Positions 36,982-48,597 of a stretch of 64,000 nucleotides of DNA are shown here, one piece after another. Positions within the stretch are counted from its first letter, which is position 1; each line of letters opens with the position of its first letter. A program made the translations under genes and the position numbers. The stretch is from Mobula hypostoma (taxonomy: Eukaryota). The notes below the pieces were generated by a model. That model searched no databases. It was not told the origin of the DNA and worked only from the letters and a program-made list of their open reading frames with translations. Where the stretch lies: the NCBI RefSeq assembly GCF_963921235.1, contig NC_086103.1:100316001-100380000 (forward strand), in the 5' to 3' direction.

Positions 36982-37747
36982 AATCAAAGAACACTTATTA
37001 TCAAAGAATGTGTAAGTTATATGCTTTGAGATTTATCTACTTACAGTTAGTCACAAAGCAAGCACACTGAAGAACCCAATTAAAAAAGAAAGAAAAAGCC
37101 ACTGCGCAGAGAAAGAAAAAAAATACAATCATGCAATCAGTAGAAGTAAGCGAGAGTGTTCCAAACCAGACTGAGTCCTTCGATCCACTCCGTGGTGTCA
37201 GTAGCACAGCATCTAGAGCAGTTCACCACAGAGAGATGAATGAACATCACAGGATAGTGAGCAAAATCACCTGACCCCTGTCTCCGATCCTGACACTCAG
37301 GCTTTCCAGTCTATCTAGATTGGTGCTTAAATTGTCCAAGCACTGGGTAGTGTCTTGCTCCGGGACCTTGACCCAAACAGAGTGATATGCTTGGGCCGCC
37401 TAGTCCAAAGCTGTTCTCAATCTCATAAAATCTTCTCGGGATTTGGGGCAATCCAACCTCTCACTGGATTAGGTGAACGGGCATCAAAACTCCTCTGCAT
37501 TGACTCCTCTCCTAACCATTCATTCTAACTCCAAATCCGACAGTGATAACAGCTCTGTCTGCAAATTCACCTTGAACACATTGTGCTTTAGCTTTGTGAT
37601 GCACCAACATGGCTCACCTCCGAAGCAGCTTCGCCTTTGCTTGCTTCTTCATTGTTTGCAGTGATAGTTTGCCACAATTTCCGTCAGCAAAAGTGATATT
37701 GTTAATGATTTTAGTTGAATTTTGGTAGCATCATCTTAAACCAGAAG
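36982..37747 (-). mobile_element. Non-autonomous ~770-bp retroposon with the same terminal architecture as 13251-13970
   Basis: Minus strand starts CTTCTGGTTTAAGATGATGC and ends CATTCTTTGATAATAAGTGTTCTTTGATT; non-coding interior. Confidence 0.65.
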
Positions 37748-38683
37748 AAACCTTCTTTTTCACCAAGAACACCAAGGTCATTTGATTCCAAACAACAAGT
37801 TTATTGATTATTACAGAATGACTCTCTGGTGCTTCCCGCTTGCTTCCTTCTCCCTTCCCTTTTTCCCAGCCATGATTCCTGTCTCTGAGAAAGTTGGCAT
37901 TCAGCTGAAAAAGTCATCATTTATGTCACTACATCTTCCATGGCACTGGCGTCAGAGAATTTAGGCTATTGCATGCATTAGGTGCCCACTATGATTTGCT
38001 GCTCATAAACCATGAAAAACTTAATTTCCTTCTTCCCTTGGATAGTTGAGTATAAGAAGATATTCATTTAAAGATAAAGTACTTCCTCAGGAACTAAATG
38101 TGATATGTATGCTCTGCATTCTACTTTTAACCAAGAAGCATTTTGAAAATCTACTAGCTCATGCTTTTTTTAAGGTAAGCTTGTCTAGAAAGTGGATGAC
38201 CCTTAGTTTTAGTACATTAAAACATTCCTGCAATGAACACAAGACCCAGTTTGATTTCCCCCGAAAAATTTGTAGAAGAGTTTATCTCTGTCTTTCCCAA
38301 GGGATGTAGAGCCGGGATGCCTTGATCTCTACTCTGGAGATGATATGTGCTTCTCCACTGGGATCAGCTATAACCCTGTCACATAGCATCTTCTAGATGG
38401 GTGAGAATCGAATCTTTCAGTTTCAGTGTGATTTCACACTAATCTAGCTGGAGTTCTGGTCTTGACCTGTTCCTCCGGAACAGCAATAACTACCAGGAAG
38501 CAACTCATGGTTCTCATTCAGCTGTGAATGCCAATCATAGATGAAGTAGGGATGCCATCCCTGAGCAGTACAGTGTTATCCATGAAGCGAGATATTAAAC
38601 TTGAGATGAAACCTTTTTGCATTACCAGAATAATAGCATGCTTGACCCAATTTCTCTCCTACTCCAAAAGATATACTGTATAG

Positions 38684-39515
38684 TTGCAAGCGGAACAAGT
38701 GCCACACATGACTCTACACTTCCTCCCTCACCACCAGGGCCCCAAACAGTCCTTCCAGCTGAGGCAACACTTCACCTGTGAGTCTGTTGGGGTCATCTTC
38801 TGCATCCACTGTTCTTGGTATGGCCGCCTGTATATCGGTGAGACCCAATGTAGATTAGGAGAGTGTTCGTTGAAATCCTAAACCCTATCTGCCAGGAAAA
38901 GCGGGATCTCCTGGGAGCCACCCATTTTCACTTCTACTTCCCATTTCCATTCAACATGACAGTCCATGGCCTCCTGTACTGCCATGATGAGGCCTCACAC
39001 AGGTTGAATGAGCAACACTTTATATTCCGTCTGGGTAGCCTCCTCCAACCTGACGCATGAACATTGATTTATCTAACTTCTGGTAATTGCCCCTACCCCT
39101 TCAACAATCCCCATTTTTGTTTCCCTCTCTCACCTTGGCTCCTTACCTGCCCCTCACCTCCCATTGGTGCTCTTCCTTCTTTTTCTTCCATGGTCTTCTA
39201 TCCTCTCCTATCAGAATCCCCTTTTTCCAGCCTTTTATCTCTGTTACCAATTGACTTTTCAGTTTTTTACTTCACCCCCTCCCCCTCTCCCAGTCTCACC
39301 TATCACTTACCACCTGTATTTCTTCCTCCCCTCCCCCTGCCTTCTTCCTCTGGCTTGTTCTCTTTCTTTCCAGTCCAGGGCCCCAAACAGTCCTTCAGGT
39401 GAGGCAACACTTCACCTGTGAGTCTGTTGGGGTCAGCCCAAAATATCTACTGAATACTCTTTTTCCTAGGTGTTGCCTGGCTTGCTGAGTTCCTCCAGCA
39501 TTTTGTGTGTGTTCT
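38684..39515 (+). mobile_element. Penelope-like element 3' part (GIY-YIG endonuclease remnant plus pyrimidine-rich terminal repeat)
   Basis: QGPKQSFQLRQHFTCESVGVIFCIHCSWYGRLYIGETQCRLG (GIY-YIG signature) and RLNEQHFIFRLGSL; ends gttgcctggcttgctgagttcctccagcattttgtgtgtg. Confidence 0.9.
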
Positions 39516-39985
39516 TAATAGTTGAACTCATTAGCAAAGGTACGCGCACTCTCCATCCACGCTCAGATACCTGCTCATCTGTGTGCAGAAGCATGCTCTG
39601 ATTAAACAAATCCTTGATTTCAAGGGAAGAGTAAAGAAAGCAGGGACTTGACGCATGTGATTTAGGATTTGCCAGCTGCCTTGATTCCACGGTGAAACAG
39701 GAAGATTGCAGTCTGGGCATCTGAAGACATCCACAATGTCTGAAAGAGTACCTGGTATGCAGGTTTAGGACATTGATTTCTTCTCTCATAGCCATCCTCC
39801 TCACATTGCACACTCAGTCAAACTCCTCAGCCAATCTTCATAAGCTGTTCCCTCATATGGAGTATGCAGTCGTCTGAAGCTAATCTACAAAGTAAGGGCT
39901 TTTTGTGGGTCACTAAGGTCAACTGTGATTCAAAGTGAAAGGGTAATCGTACAGCACCTGATTGTACTCAGAGAGGAGATGCCAT

Positions 39986-40027
39986 GACACAGCACAAGAC
40001 TATCCAGACATAGCACAAGACTATCCA
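39986..40027. repeat. 21-bp tandem duplication
   Basis: gacacagcacaagactatcca followed by gacatagcacaagactatcca. Confidence 0.85.
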
Positions 40028-41179
40028 AACCCACCTGCAAGTTTGACAAATAGGAAAGCCATTGGCCTTAAAGACAAATGTCAGAATTTTCAGGTAATGT
40101 ATTATTTGATCTTTTGTATAAAGTGGCTCTCAAGACACAGCAAAATTCTCAACTGTTCTGATTTAACATAAATAAATCCTTTATCACATCAGGATAAAAT
40201 GCAACTCTTGACAATGCTGCTCATCCTCGGATTCATTACCTGGAAAATTGAGGTCTTATACATTTCATGTCAACGTGCTCAAGAAATCCCCAATTGCTAG
40301 GGGATTGTGAAATATGGTAATTTTTGATAAAAATGATATGATAGCTTCACAACAGATACTGAAGTAATTGGACTGATGCTATTGCTGCCATGTTATTATT
40401 ACAATGGTAGGTTGCGCCCTCCAACGTGCAGTTGGGATTCTTCCGGAATGTAATCGATAAATGCCAGATGCTCAGTAGATCATACAGCTTCTGTGGAGAG
40501 GGAAACAAGATTTCTGTTTGAGGATTGACAATATTTTGCTAGGTTGACAGTGGCTAGAAAACAAAAACAAAGAGGAACAGACGAAAAGTCTGATAAAATG
40601 GAGACCAAGAGAGAGTGAATGACACAGATGGTGTCTCCAGCAACTGAAAGAGAGTGTGTCTGGAGGTGAAATATTGTAAATAGAAAGAGATGCATTCATA
40701 TAGCTGAGAGAGGAAAAACATACTTTCATGCAGAAGACTGAAATAGCTGGAATTCTGAGACTTTATTTATCTGTCCTGCTTGTTTTGTTCTTACAACCTC
40801 CGAAAGGTGGAATACAGCCACAGTTGAGAATTATAAGTAAGAGTCTATGATGAAATGTGTCATCTGCTCTTTAGAACTGTTCTCTTAGAGCCTTTCCTTA
40901 TGCTCATGAATGAAAGGAAAAGGAATAGATGAAGAGGATGATCAAAGTGGTTATTTAGGTAAGTGTGACATGCCATTAGTCACATCCAGTTATTGTAAGT
41001 AGATTGAAAGATCTTGAGACATTATCAGAGATACTGGAAATAGTCAATTAGTGCAAAGGCTTAAAATTAATTTTTCATGGAGTCGCTTGTGGAATTTCTC
41101 ATCACTGATTGGGCACAGACCTCACTAGCTTTAATTTCAGTCCCTCTGTGCACCCCTTTCCCCATTGCAGGTAGAAAAT

Positions 41180-42000
41180 AAGGTGCAAAGGCTGTGATGA
41201 GGAAGATCATGAGGTCAAGAGTTCATCTTTACCTTGCAAGAGGTCCATCCAAAAGTCATAGAACCTAGGACAGAAGCTTCCCTTGAGCCCGCTGATGAGT
41301 GTTTCCAAGCTTTTTTTTTCACCTCCTACCCCATAAGAGGAAGGAGGAGAGAGAATATCTGAGGTGAAAGTAGTGTTTGGTTATGCAGCGAACACCAAAA
41401 TAGTATCCATGGAAGTGAAGTTGGTTTTTGTGATGGATGGAACTGTGTCCACAACTCTCTGTAATTTCTTGTTCGTTGAGGGTATTTGGGACAAGAATGT
41501 AATGGTAGTATTTTCAAAGAACTATCTTGAAGTTGACCTGGTTGAAGTCACTTGCTATGATGTACAGGGCCTCAGGGTTTCATGTTTCAAGGCTCTTAAT
41601 CGTGGACTATAGGCCCTTCAGTGCAATCTTCATGTCTACTTGAGATAGGATGTAGACTGTCATCAGGTTAGCTAAAGTAACAGGTAGCATAGGCAATATT
41701 TTACATTAGATATTCCAAGTCTGGTGAGCAGGAACACAGTCGAACTCCACAAGGAGTTGATTATGAAGCAGACTCTTCTGCCTCTTGCTGTGCCGAAGGA
41801 TGCCATGTAGTCCAGCCACTGAATTGAGAAGCCCTCAGATTGTATGGTGCAGTCAAGTAAAGCAGGTGTAAACCACAATAAAGTGAGACAAAGCACTCCA
41901 TAATCTGTCTGTTCCCTTTGAAAAGGTAAGACGCTTTGAAAAGGCATGTTGGAACAGAGTCTGACAAGATCTGATACATGTGTTGGGTATGGATCAGATT
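41180..42000 (-). mobile_element. Degenerate Rex1/Babar LINE pieces (3' end ~41180-41480; APE endonuclease ~41640-42000)
   Basis: Minus ORF VLCLT..WFTPALLDCTIQSEGFSIQWLD..ASFG.ARG..VCFIINSLWSS resembles Rex1 APE (LCFTETWL..PEGFSIHRMDR..GGGVCFMIN). Confidence 0.65.
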
Positions 42001-42779
42001 AAGTATATATTCTGATAAAGAATTCATGATTGACTCAGTAGATGTCCAGCCCTGTCCACAATGTATTCTACATGAGATGATTTGACGAATATTGATGTTG
42101 ACTCGTAGGTCAGAATGATTCGACTAAAAATTATTTTGCTCTCTTTCTATCAATAGTTGATACTCCCAGAAAATTGTTATAATTACAACAGTGCTTGCAT
42201 CAAGTAAAGGAAGTATTTTGTATAGATACTGTAGATCAATTTTAATTTTACATGTAGACCTCAATGTTGGGCACAAATCCTAACAATATGAAGACTTTTC
42301 ACTATTTGCAAAAGACAAGTCACAGACATTGAAGAAGTTCCTGATAACTCTAAAATCATTGAAAAATGTTCATTATTTGGCTCATTGTGGAACTTCAAAT
42401 GCCTTGAAAAAGTTAGAATGCTAACTTTTAGGATTAGGTAGTGCCCTTGAATGCCAATTCCAGCCACAGTCATCATTACACACTGTTACCCAGCTTTCAT
42501 TCACTGGCTGAAATGTACATCAAGCACCAAATGGAAATCAACAACATTAATAGCTTAATAAGGAGGCTTGATAACACCTTTAAAGGCTTTGCCATTCACT
42601 ACCTTGAAAATGAAGGGCAACAATTGAAGACATCTGAATGAGTGTCAAATTACATTTCACTTTGACTTGAAAATATTGTATATCATCCCTCCGGTGTGTT
42701 CTTTCATTTTACTGTACTAATGCTTACTGCTAGTTTCCAGGAAACAGTCATGCCTTAAGATTGTGAGTGATTGTAAGGA

Positions 42780-43170
42780 AGAGAAATACCAATGCTTTTC
42801 TACAGTAAAGCCTACAAAAAGTAATGGATATGGCCCAGTCTGTCATGGGCAATTCCCTCCCAACCACTGAGTATATCTACACAGAACGCTGTCGTAGGAA
42901 GGAAGCATTCATCATCAAGGACAGCCACTATCCAGGCTATATAGTTGTTCTGCTGATGCCATCAAAAAGAAGGTACAAGAACCTCAAGGCCTGCACCAGC
43001 AGATTCAGGAAGAGTAATTACCCCTCAACCATCAGGCTCTTGAACCAGTGGGGATAACTTCACTCACCCCATTACTGAACTGTTCCCATTGAACTGGGCT
43101 CACTTTCAAGGACTTTTCATCTCATGTTCTTGATATTAATTGTTTGTTTATTCTTATTTTATTTTTTTTT
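42780..43170 (+). mobile_element. Rex1/Babar LINE 3' fragment
   Basis: MDMAQSVMGNSLPTTEYIYTERCRRKEAFIIKDSHYPG..SRFRKSNYPSTIRLLN; collinear with 17030-17370. Confidence 0.8.
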
Positions 43171-43189
43171 TCTCAGCTTAAACTGGTAA

Positions 43190-43815
43190 AATCTGAGGTA
43201 CAGGCATAGCCAAACACATACGTTTCTCAATTGCTGGAATGTTTGGATTATTCTAGTGGTGTTCAGTATTACGGCTTTCTGGAAATTTACATAAATATTG
43301 CTGCGTAGGCCTAATTGTTAAATGCTATTCTGTAGTGACTTTGGGATGATACCAGTTGTAGATATTACTATTGGGTCAATTTATACCCTTTTCATGTTCC
43401 ATAGTCTTTCAATTTCCTCTTTTAATTCAACATATTTCTGATGTTTTTCATATATTGATTTCTGTATGTTGGATCTGTTTGGAATGGCTATAACTATTAT
43501 GTAAGTTGTTCTTCCAGTAATTTTATATTGGGGTGGTTATGAGAGATTGCCCTATGTGCGATAATGAATCGGTCGTAATTTAATTTGTCAGACTCCAACT
43601 CTAAAACTGGATCAGGCTTGTATCTATAGTAAGGAATGATGTCTTTTATACATTTATAAGATCCCTTCTGCTCTTCTGTAAGTATATTGTGGTTATCTAA
43701 GTGAGTGGTGATTAGTTGCGAGATGCACGATGTTACAATTTTACATTTAGGTTGCAATAGGACTATGTTCTGATGAGTTGTTTATGGTTTCTGTTTTAAG
43801 AGAAAGGCGTTTACA
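43190..43815 (-). mobile_element. R4/Dong-clade RLE non-LTR retrotransposon remnant with a large internal deletion
   Basis: KIVTSCISQLITTHLDNHNILTEEQKG (start of RT) abuts PYYRYKPDPVLE..HNHPNI..IAIPN..EKHQKYVELKEEIERLWNM..PIVISTTGIIPKSL..QKAVILNTTRII (R4-type endonuclease C-terminus). Confidence 0.8.
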
Positions 43816-43889
43816 CACATCAGCAGTTTAATGAAGATTGTTGATCTTCACTGATGAGCTGCCTAAGGAGATCGGCACATTGATATTTA

Positions 43890-45575
43890 TTTCAAGGTCT
43901 ATATTATTGGGTAGCGAGCTGCCGATATGTTTCTACCAAAGGAAGTGTAAAGCTCTCCTTCCCTCTGCTAGCCTGCAGGTCACCCTTTGGTGCTCAGCAC
44001 CACCCCTCGCCCCCCCCCCCCGCACCCCAGTCAGGGTCACGTGAAACCATGGGAGCAGGTGGTGGATGGTCAGATGAGCAATTGGTGCATATTACAAGTC
44101 CTGGTTATGCAACCACTATCACCAGTCAGACAATCCCTGAGTAGTCCTGCCTGACAAACATATTATAATTTTTTGAGGAAATTACCAGTAGGCTGGACAA
44201 GGGAGATGCAGTGGATGTTGTATATTTGGATTTTCAGAAGGCCTTTGACAAGATGCCATGCATGAGGCTAATTAACAAGATAAGAGCCCATGGAATTACG
44301 AGAAAGTTACATACGTGGATAGAGCATTGGCTGATTGGCAGGAAACAGAGAGTGGGAATAAAGGGATCCTATTCTGGTTGGCTGCCGGTTACCAGTGGTG
44401 TTCCATAGGGGTCCATGTTGGGGCCGCTTCTGTTTACATTGTACATCAACGATTTGGATTATGGAATAGATGGCTCTGTGGCTAAGTTTGCTGACGATAC
44501 AAAGATAGGTGGAGGGGCCGGTAGTGCTGAGGAAATGGAGAGTCTGCAGAGAGACTTGGATAGATTGGAAGAATGGGCAGAGAAGTAGCAAATGAAGTAC
44601 AATGTTGGAAAGTGTATGGTTATGCACTTTGGCAAAAATAATAAACGGGCAGACTATTATTTAAATGGGGAAAGAATTCAAAGTTCGGAGATGCAACGGG
44701 ACTTGGGAGTCCTCGTACAGGATACCCTTAAGGTTAACCTCCAGGTTGAGTCGGTAGTGAAGAAGGCGAATGCAATGTTGGCATTCATTTCTAGACGAAT
44801 AGAGTATAGGAGCAGGGATGTGATGTTGAGGCTTTATAAGGCGCTGGTGAGACCTCACTTGGAGTACTGTGGGCAGTTTTGGTCTCCTTATTTAAGAAAG
44901 GATGTGCTGACGTTGGAGAGGGTACAGAGAAGATTCACTAGAATGATTCCGGGAATGAGAGGGTTAACATATGAGGAACGTTTGTCCGCTCTTGGACTGT
45001 ATTCCTTGGAGTTTAGAAGAATGAGGGGAGACCTCATAGAAACATTTTGAATGTTGAAAGTCATGGAGAGAGTGGATGTGGCAAAGTTGTTTCCCATGAT
45101 GGGGGAGTCTAGTATGAGAGGGCATGATTTAAGGATTGAAGGGCGCCCATTCAGAACAGAAATGCGAAGAAATATTTTTAGTCAGAGGGTGGTGAACCTA
45201 TGGAATTTGTTGCCACTAGCGGCAGTGGAGGCCAAGTCATTGGGTGTATTTAAGGCAGAGATTGATAGGTATCTGAGTAGCCAGGGCATCAAAGGTTATG
45301 GTGAGAAGGCGGGGGAGTGGGACTTAATGGGAGAATAGATCAGCTCATGATAAAATGGCGGAGCAGACTCGATGGGCCAAATGGCCGACTTCTGCTCCTT
45401 TGTCTTATGGTCTTATGGTATTGATAATGGCTGGGATCACTCCCTTTGTAAAGGTACCACCCAGAAGAAGGGAAAGGTGAACAACTTCCATAGAAAATTC
45501 GCCAAGTACAAAAATGGTCATGAATAGACCATGCTCACCCACATCATATGGCATGGCAGATAATGATGAATGAAT
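43890..45575 (+). mobile_element. Non-coding SINE-like element (probably RTE-partnered), split by the CR1 at 44144-45417
   Basis: The halves rejoin as gacaatccctgaGTAttgataatggctggg (GTA duplicated). 3' part ccagaagaagggaaaggtgaacaactt..aaaattcgccaag recalls the AGAAGG.AATGGCAA.CCAC motif of RTE-related SINEs; ends ataatgatgaatgaat. Confidence 0.55.
44144..45417 (+). mobile_element. CR1 LINE 3' part with (TCTTATGG)n tail
   Basis: Three in-line ORFs (44211, 44592, 45051) covering RT to the C-terminus, broken by nonsense codons. Confidence 0.93.
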
Positions 45576-46232
45576 ATGATATCATTACACCAATTTTACA
45601 TTTATAAAATCATTAACGATTAAAATACACTACCAAACCATACTTCTACTACTGCCGATGTAGTTCAGCAGAAGACCTAAGGGTTGTGCATACTCTAATT
45701 AATAAACAATATGAGAGTAAAAATTCAGGAAAGATGCATGTGTTAAAGAGATGCTCGTAAAACTCTACAAATCCTTAGTAAATCAGTAAAAGATTATGGC
45801 ATTGGAGGTATAGAATTAAAATTTACTGATCATTGTTGAGGAGAAAGTCTTCAGGCCAAAACTGATATTGTCAAAGATGATCCCTCAGAGGATTTGACAA
45901 AGACATTCCAAGTTATGAGAGATATTGTGAAATCAGATACTACACAATTATTTCTATTGCTCAATAACTTTGTGAGCAGGAACCATAAAGTGAAATTGTT
46001 TTTCACAGTTGGGCAATACATCTGATAATAAATCAGCACACCATTTTTTGGGGTGCAGGTGTAAAATGTGTTGTCAATTCCTAATTGCCAGAACACAGGA
46101 GAACATGGAAGAACTTATTTCTTCTGTAAATGTCAATCCTGATTAAGTTATTTGACACTATTGTAGTGATAAGTGGAGCAAATGGTGCTGAGGATTGATG
46201 AGCAAATGGAGCTAGATCGGGAATAGGAAAGA

Positions 46233-48497
46233 GTGGAGCTGAGAGATAGAGGTAGTTTGTTAATTAGCGATCTTGTCGTGAGAGGCCCCTTGGGTAAGAG
46301 TGATCATAATATGGTGGAATTCTTCATTAAGATGGAGAGTGACATAGTTAATTCAGAAACAAAGGTTCTGAACTTAAAGAGGGGTAACTTTGAAGGTATG
46401 AGACGTGAATTAGCTAAGATAGACTGGCAAATGACACTTAAAGGATTGACGGTGGATATGCAATGGCAAGCATTTAAAGGTTGCATGGATGAACTACAAC
46501 AATTGTTCATCCCAGTTTGGCAAAATAATAAATCAAGGAAGGTAGTGCACCCGTGGCTGACAAGAGAAATTAGGGATAGTATCAATTCCAAAGAAGAAGC
46601 ATACAAATTAGCCAGAGAAAGTGGCTCACCTGAGGACTGGGAGAAATTCAGAGTTCAGCAGAGGAGGACAAAGGGCTTAATTAGGAAGGGGAAAAAAGAT
46701 TATGAGAGAAAACTGGCAGGGAACATAAAAACTGACTGTAAAAGCTTTTATAGATATGTAAAAAGGAAAAGACTGGTAAAGACAAATGTAGGTCCCCTGC
46801 AGACAGAAACAGGTGAATTGATTATGGGGAGCAAGGACATGGCAGACCAATTGAATAATTACTTTGGTTCTGTCTTCACTAAGGAGGACATAAATAATCT
46901 TCCAGAAATAGTAAAGGACAGAGGGTCCAGTGAGATGGAGGAACTGAGCGAAATACATGTTAGTAGGGAAGTGGTGTTAGGTAAATTGAAGGGATTGAAG
47001 GCAGATAAATCCCCAGGGCCAGATGGTCTGCATCCTGGAATGCTTAAAGAAGTAGCCCAAGAAATAGTGGATGCATTAGTGATAATTTTTCAAAACTCGT
47101 TAGATTCTGGACTAGTTCCTGAGGATTGGAGGGTGGCTAATGTAACCCCACTTTTTAAAAAAGGAGGGAGAGAGAAACCGGGGAATTATAGACTGGTTAG
47201 CCTAACGTCGGTGGTGGGGAAACTGCTGGAGTCAGTTATCAAGGATGTGATAACAGCACATTTGGAAAGCGGTGAAATGATCGGACAAAGTCAGCGTGGA
47301 TTTGTGAAAGGAAAATCATGTCTGACGAATCTCATAGAATTTTTTGAGGATGTAACTAGTAGAGTGGATAGGGGAGAACCAGTGGATGTGGTATATTTGG
47401 ATTTTCAAAAAGCTTTTGACAAGGTCCCACACAGGAGATTAGTGTGCAAACTTAAAGCACACGGTATTGGGGGTAAGGTATTGGTGTGGGTGGAGAATTG
47501 GTTAGCAGACAGGAAGCAAAGTGTGGGAATAAACGGGACCTTTTCAGAATGGCAGGCGGTGACTAGTGGGGTACCGCAAGGCTCAGTGCTGGGACCCCAG
47601 TTGTTTACAATATATATTAATGACTTTGATGAGGGAATTAAATGCAGCATCTCCAAGTTTGCGGATGACACGAAGCTGGGTGGCAGTGTTAGCAGTGAGG
47701 AGGATGCTGAGAGGATGCAGGGTGACTTGGATAGGTTGGGTGAGTGGGCAAATTCATGGCAGATGCAATTTAATGTGGATAAATGTGAAGTTATCCACTT
47801 TGGCGGCAAAAATAGGAAAACAGATTATTATCTGAATGGTGGCCGATTAGGAAAAGGGGAGGTGCAACGAGACCTGGGTGTCATTATACACCAGTCATTG
47901 AAAGTGGGCATGCAGGTACAGCAGGCGGTGAAACAGGCGAATGGTATGCTGGCATTTATAGCGAGAGGATTCGAGTACAGGAGCAGGGACGTACTACTGC
48001 AGTTGTACAAGGCCTTGGTGAGACCACACCTGGAGTATTGTGTGCAGTTTTGGTCCCCTAATCTGAGGAAAGACATCTTTGCCATAGAGGGAGTACAAAG
48101 AAGGTTCACCAGATTGATTCCTGGGATGGCAGGACTTTCATATGAAGAAAGACTGGATGAACTGGGCTTGTACTCGTTGGAATTTAGAAGATTGAGGGGG
48201 GATCTGATTGAAACGTATAAGATCCTAAAGGGATTGGACAGGCTAGATGCAGGAAGATTGTTCCCGATGTTGGGGAAGTCCAGAATGAGGGGTCACAGTT
48301 TGAGGATAGAGGGGAAGCCTTTTCGGACCGAGATTAGGAAGAACTTCTTCACACAGAGAGTGGTGAATCTGTGGAATTCTCTGCCACAGGAAACAGTTGA
48401 GGCCAGTTCATTGGCTATATTTAAGAGGGAGTTAGATATGGCCCTTGTGGCTACGGGGGTCAGGGGGTATGAAGGGAAGGCTGGGGCGGGGTTCTGA
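46233..48497 (+). CDS. CR1 ORF2 reverse transcriptase, open 754-aa frame lacking most of the endonuclease
   Basis: ORF track shows all RT motifs; the first ~8 codons derive from flanking DNA. Open, but probably not expressed. Confidence 0.7.
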   Translation: MELRDRGSLLISDLVVRGPLGKSDHNMVEFFIKMESDIVNSETKVLNLKRGNFEGMRRELAKIDWQMTLKGLTVDMQWQAFKGCMDELQQLFIPVWQNNKSRKVVHPWLTREIRDSINSKEEAYKLARESGSPEDWEKFRVQQRRTKGLIRKGKKDYERKLAGNIKTDCKSFYRYVKRKRLVKTNVGPLQTETGELIMGSKDMADQLNNYFGSVFTKEDINNLPEIVKDRGSSEMEELSEIHVSREVVLGKLKGLKADKSPGPDGLHPGMLKEVAQEIVDALVIIFQNSLDSGLVPEDWRVANVTPLFKKGGREKPGNYRLVSLTSVVGKLLESVIKDVITAHLESGEMIGQSQRGFVKGKSCLTNLIEFFEDVTSRVDRGEPVDVVYLDFQKAFDKVPHRRLVCKLKAHGIGGKVLVWVENWLADRKQSVGINGTFSEWQAVTSGVPQGSVLGPQLFTIYINDFDEGIKCSISKFADDTKLGGSVSSEEDAERMQGDLDRLGEWANSWQMQFNVDKCEVIHFGGKNRKTDYYLNGGRLGKGEVQRDLGVIIHQSLKVGMQVQQAVKQANGMLAFIARGFEYRSRDVLLQLYKALVRPHLEYCVQFWSPNLRKDIFAIEGVQRRFTRLIPGMAGLSYEERLDELGLYSLEFRRLRGDLIETYKILKGLDRLDAGRLFPMLGKSRMRGHSLRIEGKPFRTEIRKNFFTQRVVNLWNSLPQETVEASSLAIFKRELDMALVATGVRGYEGKAGAGF

Positions 48498-48597
48498 GTT
48501 GGATGATCAGCCATGATCATAATAAATGGCGGTGCAGGCTCGAAGGGCCGAATGGCCTACTCCTGCACCTATTTTCTATGTTTCTATGTTTCTATGT
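46257..48597 (+). mobile_element. Young CR1 LINE, 5'-truncated in the APE domain
   Basis: Uninterrupted reading frame from LGKSDHNMVEF (last APE motif) through an intact RT (FADD) to the natural stop; (TTCTATGT)n tail. Confidence 0.97.
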
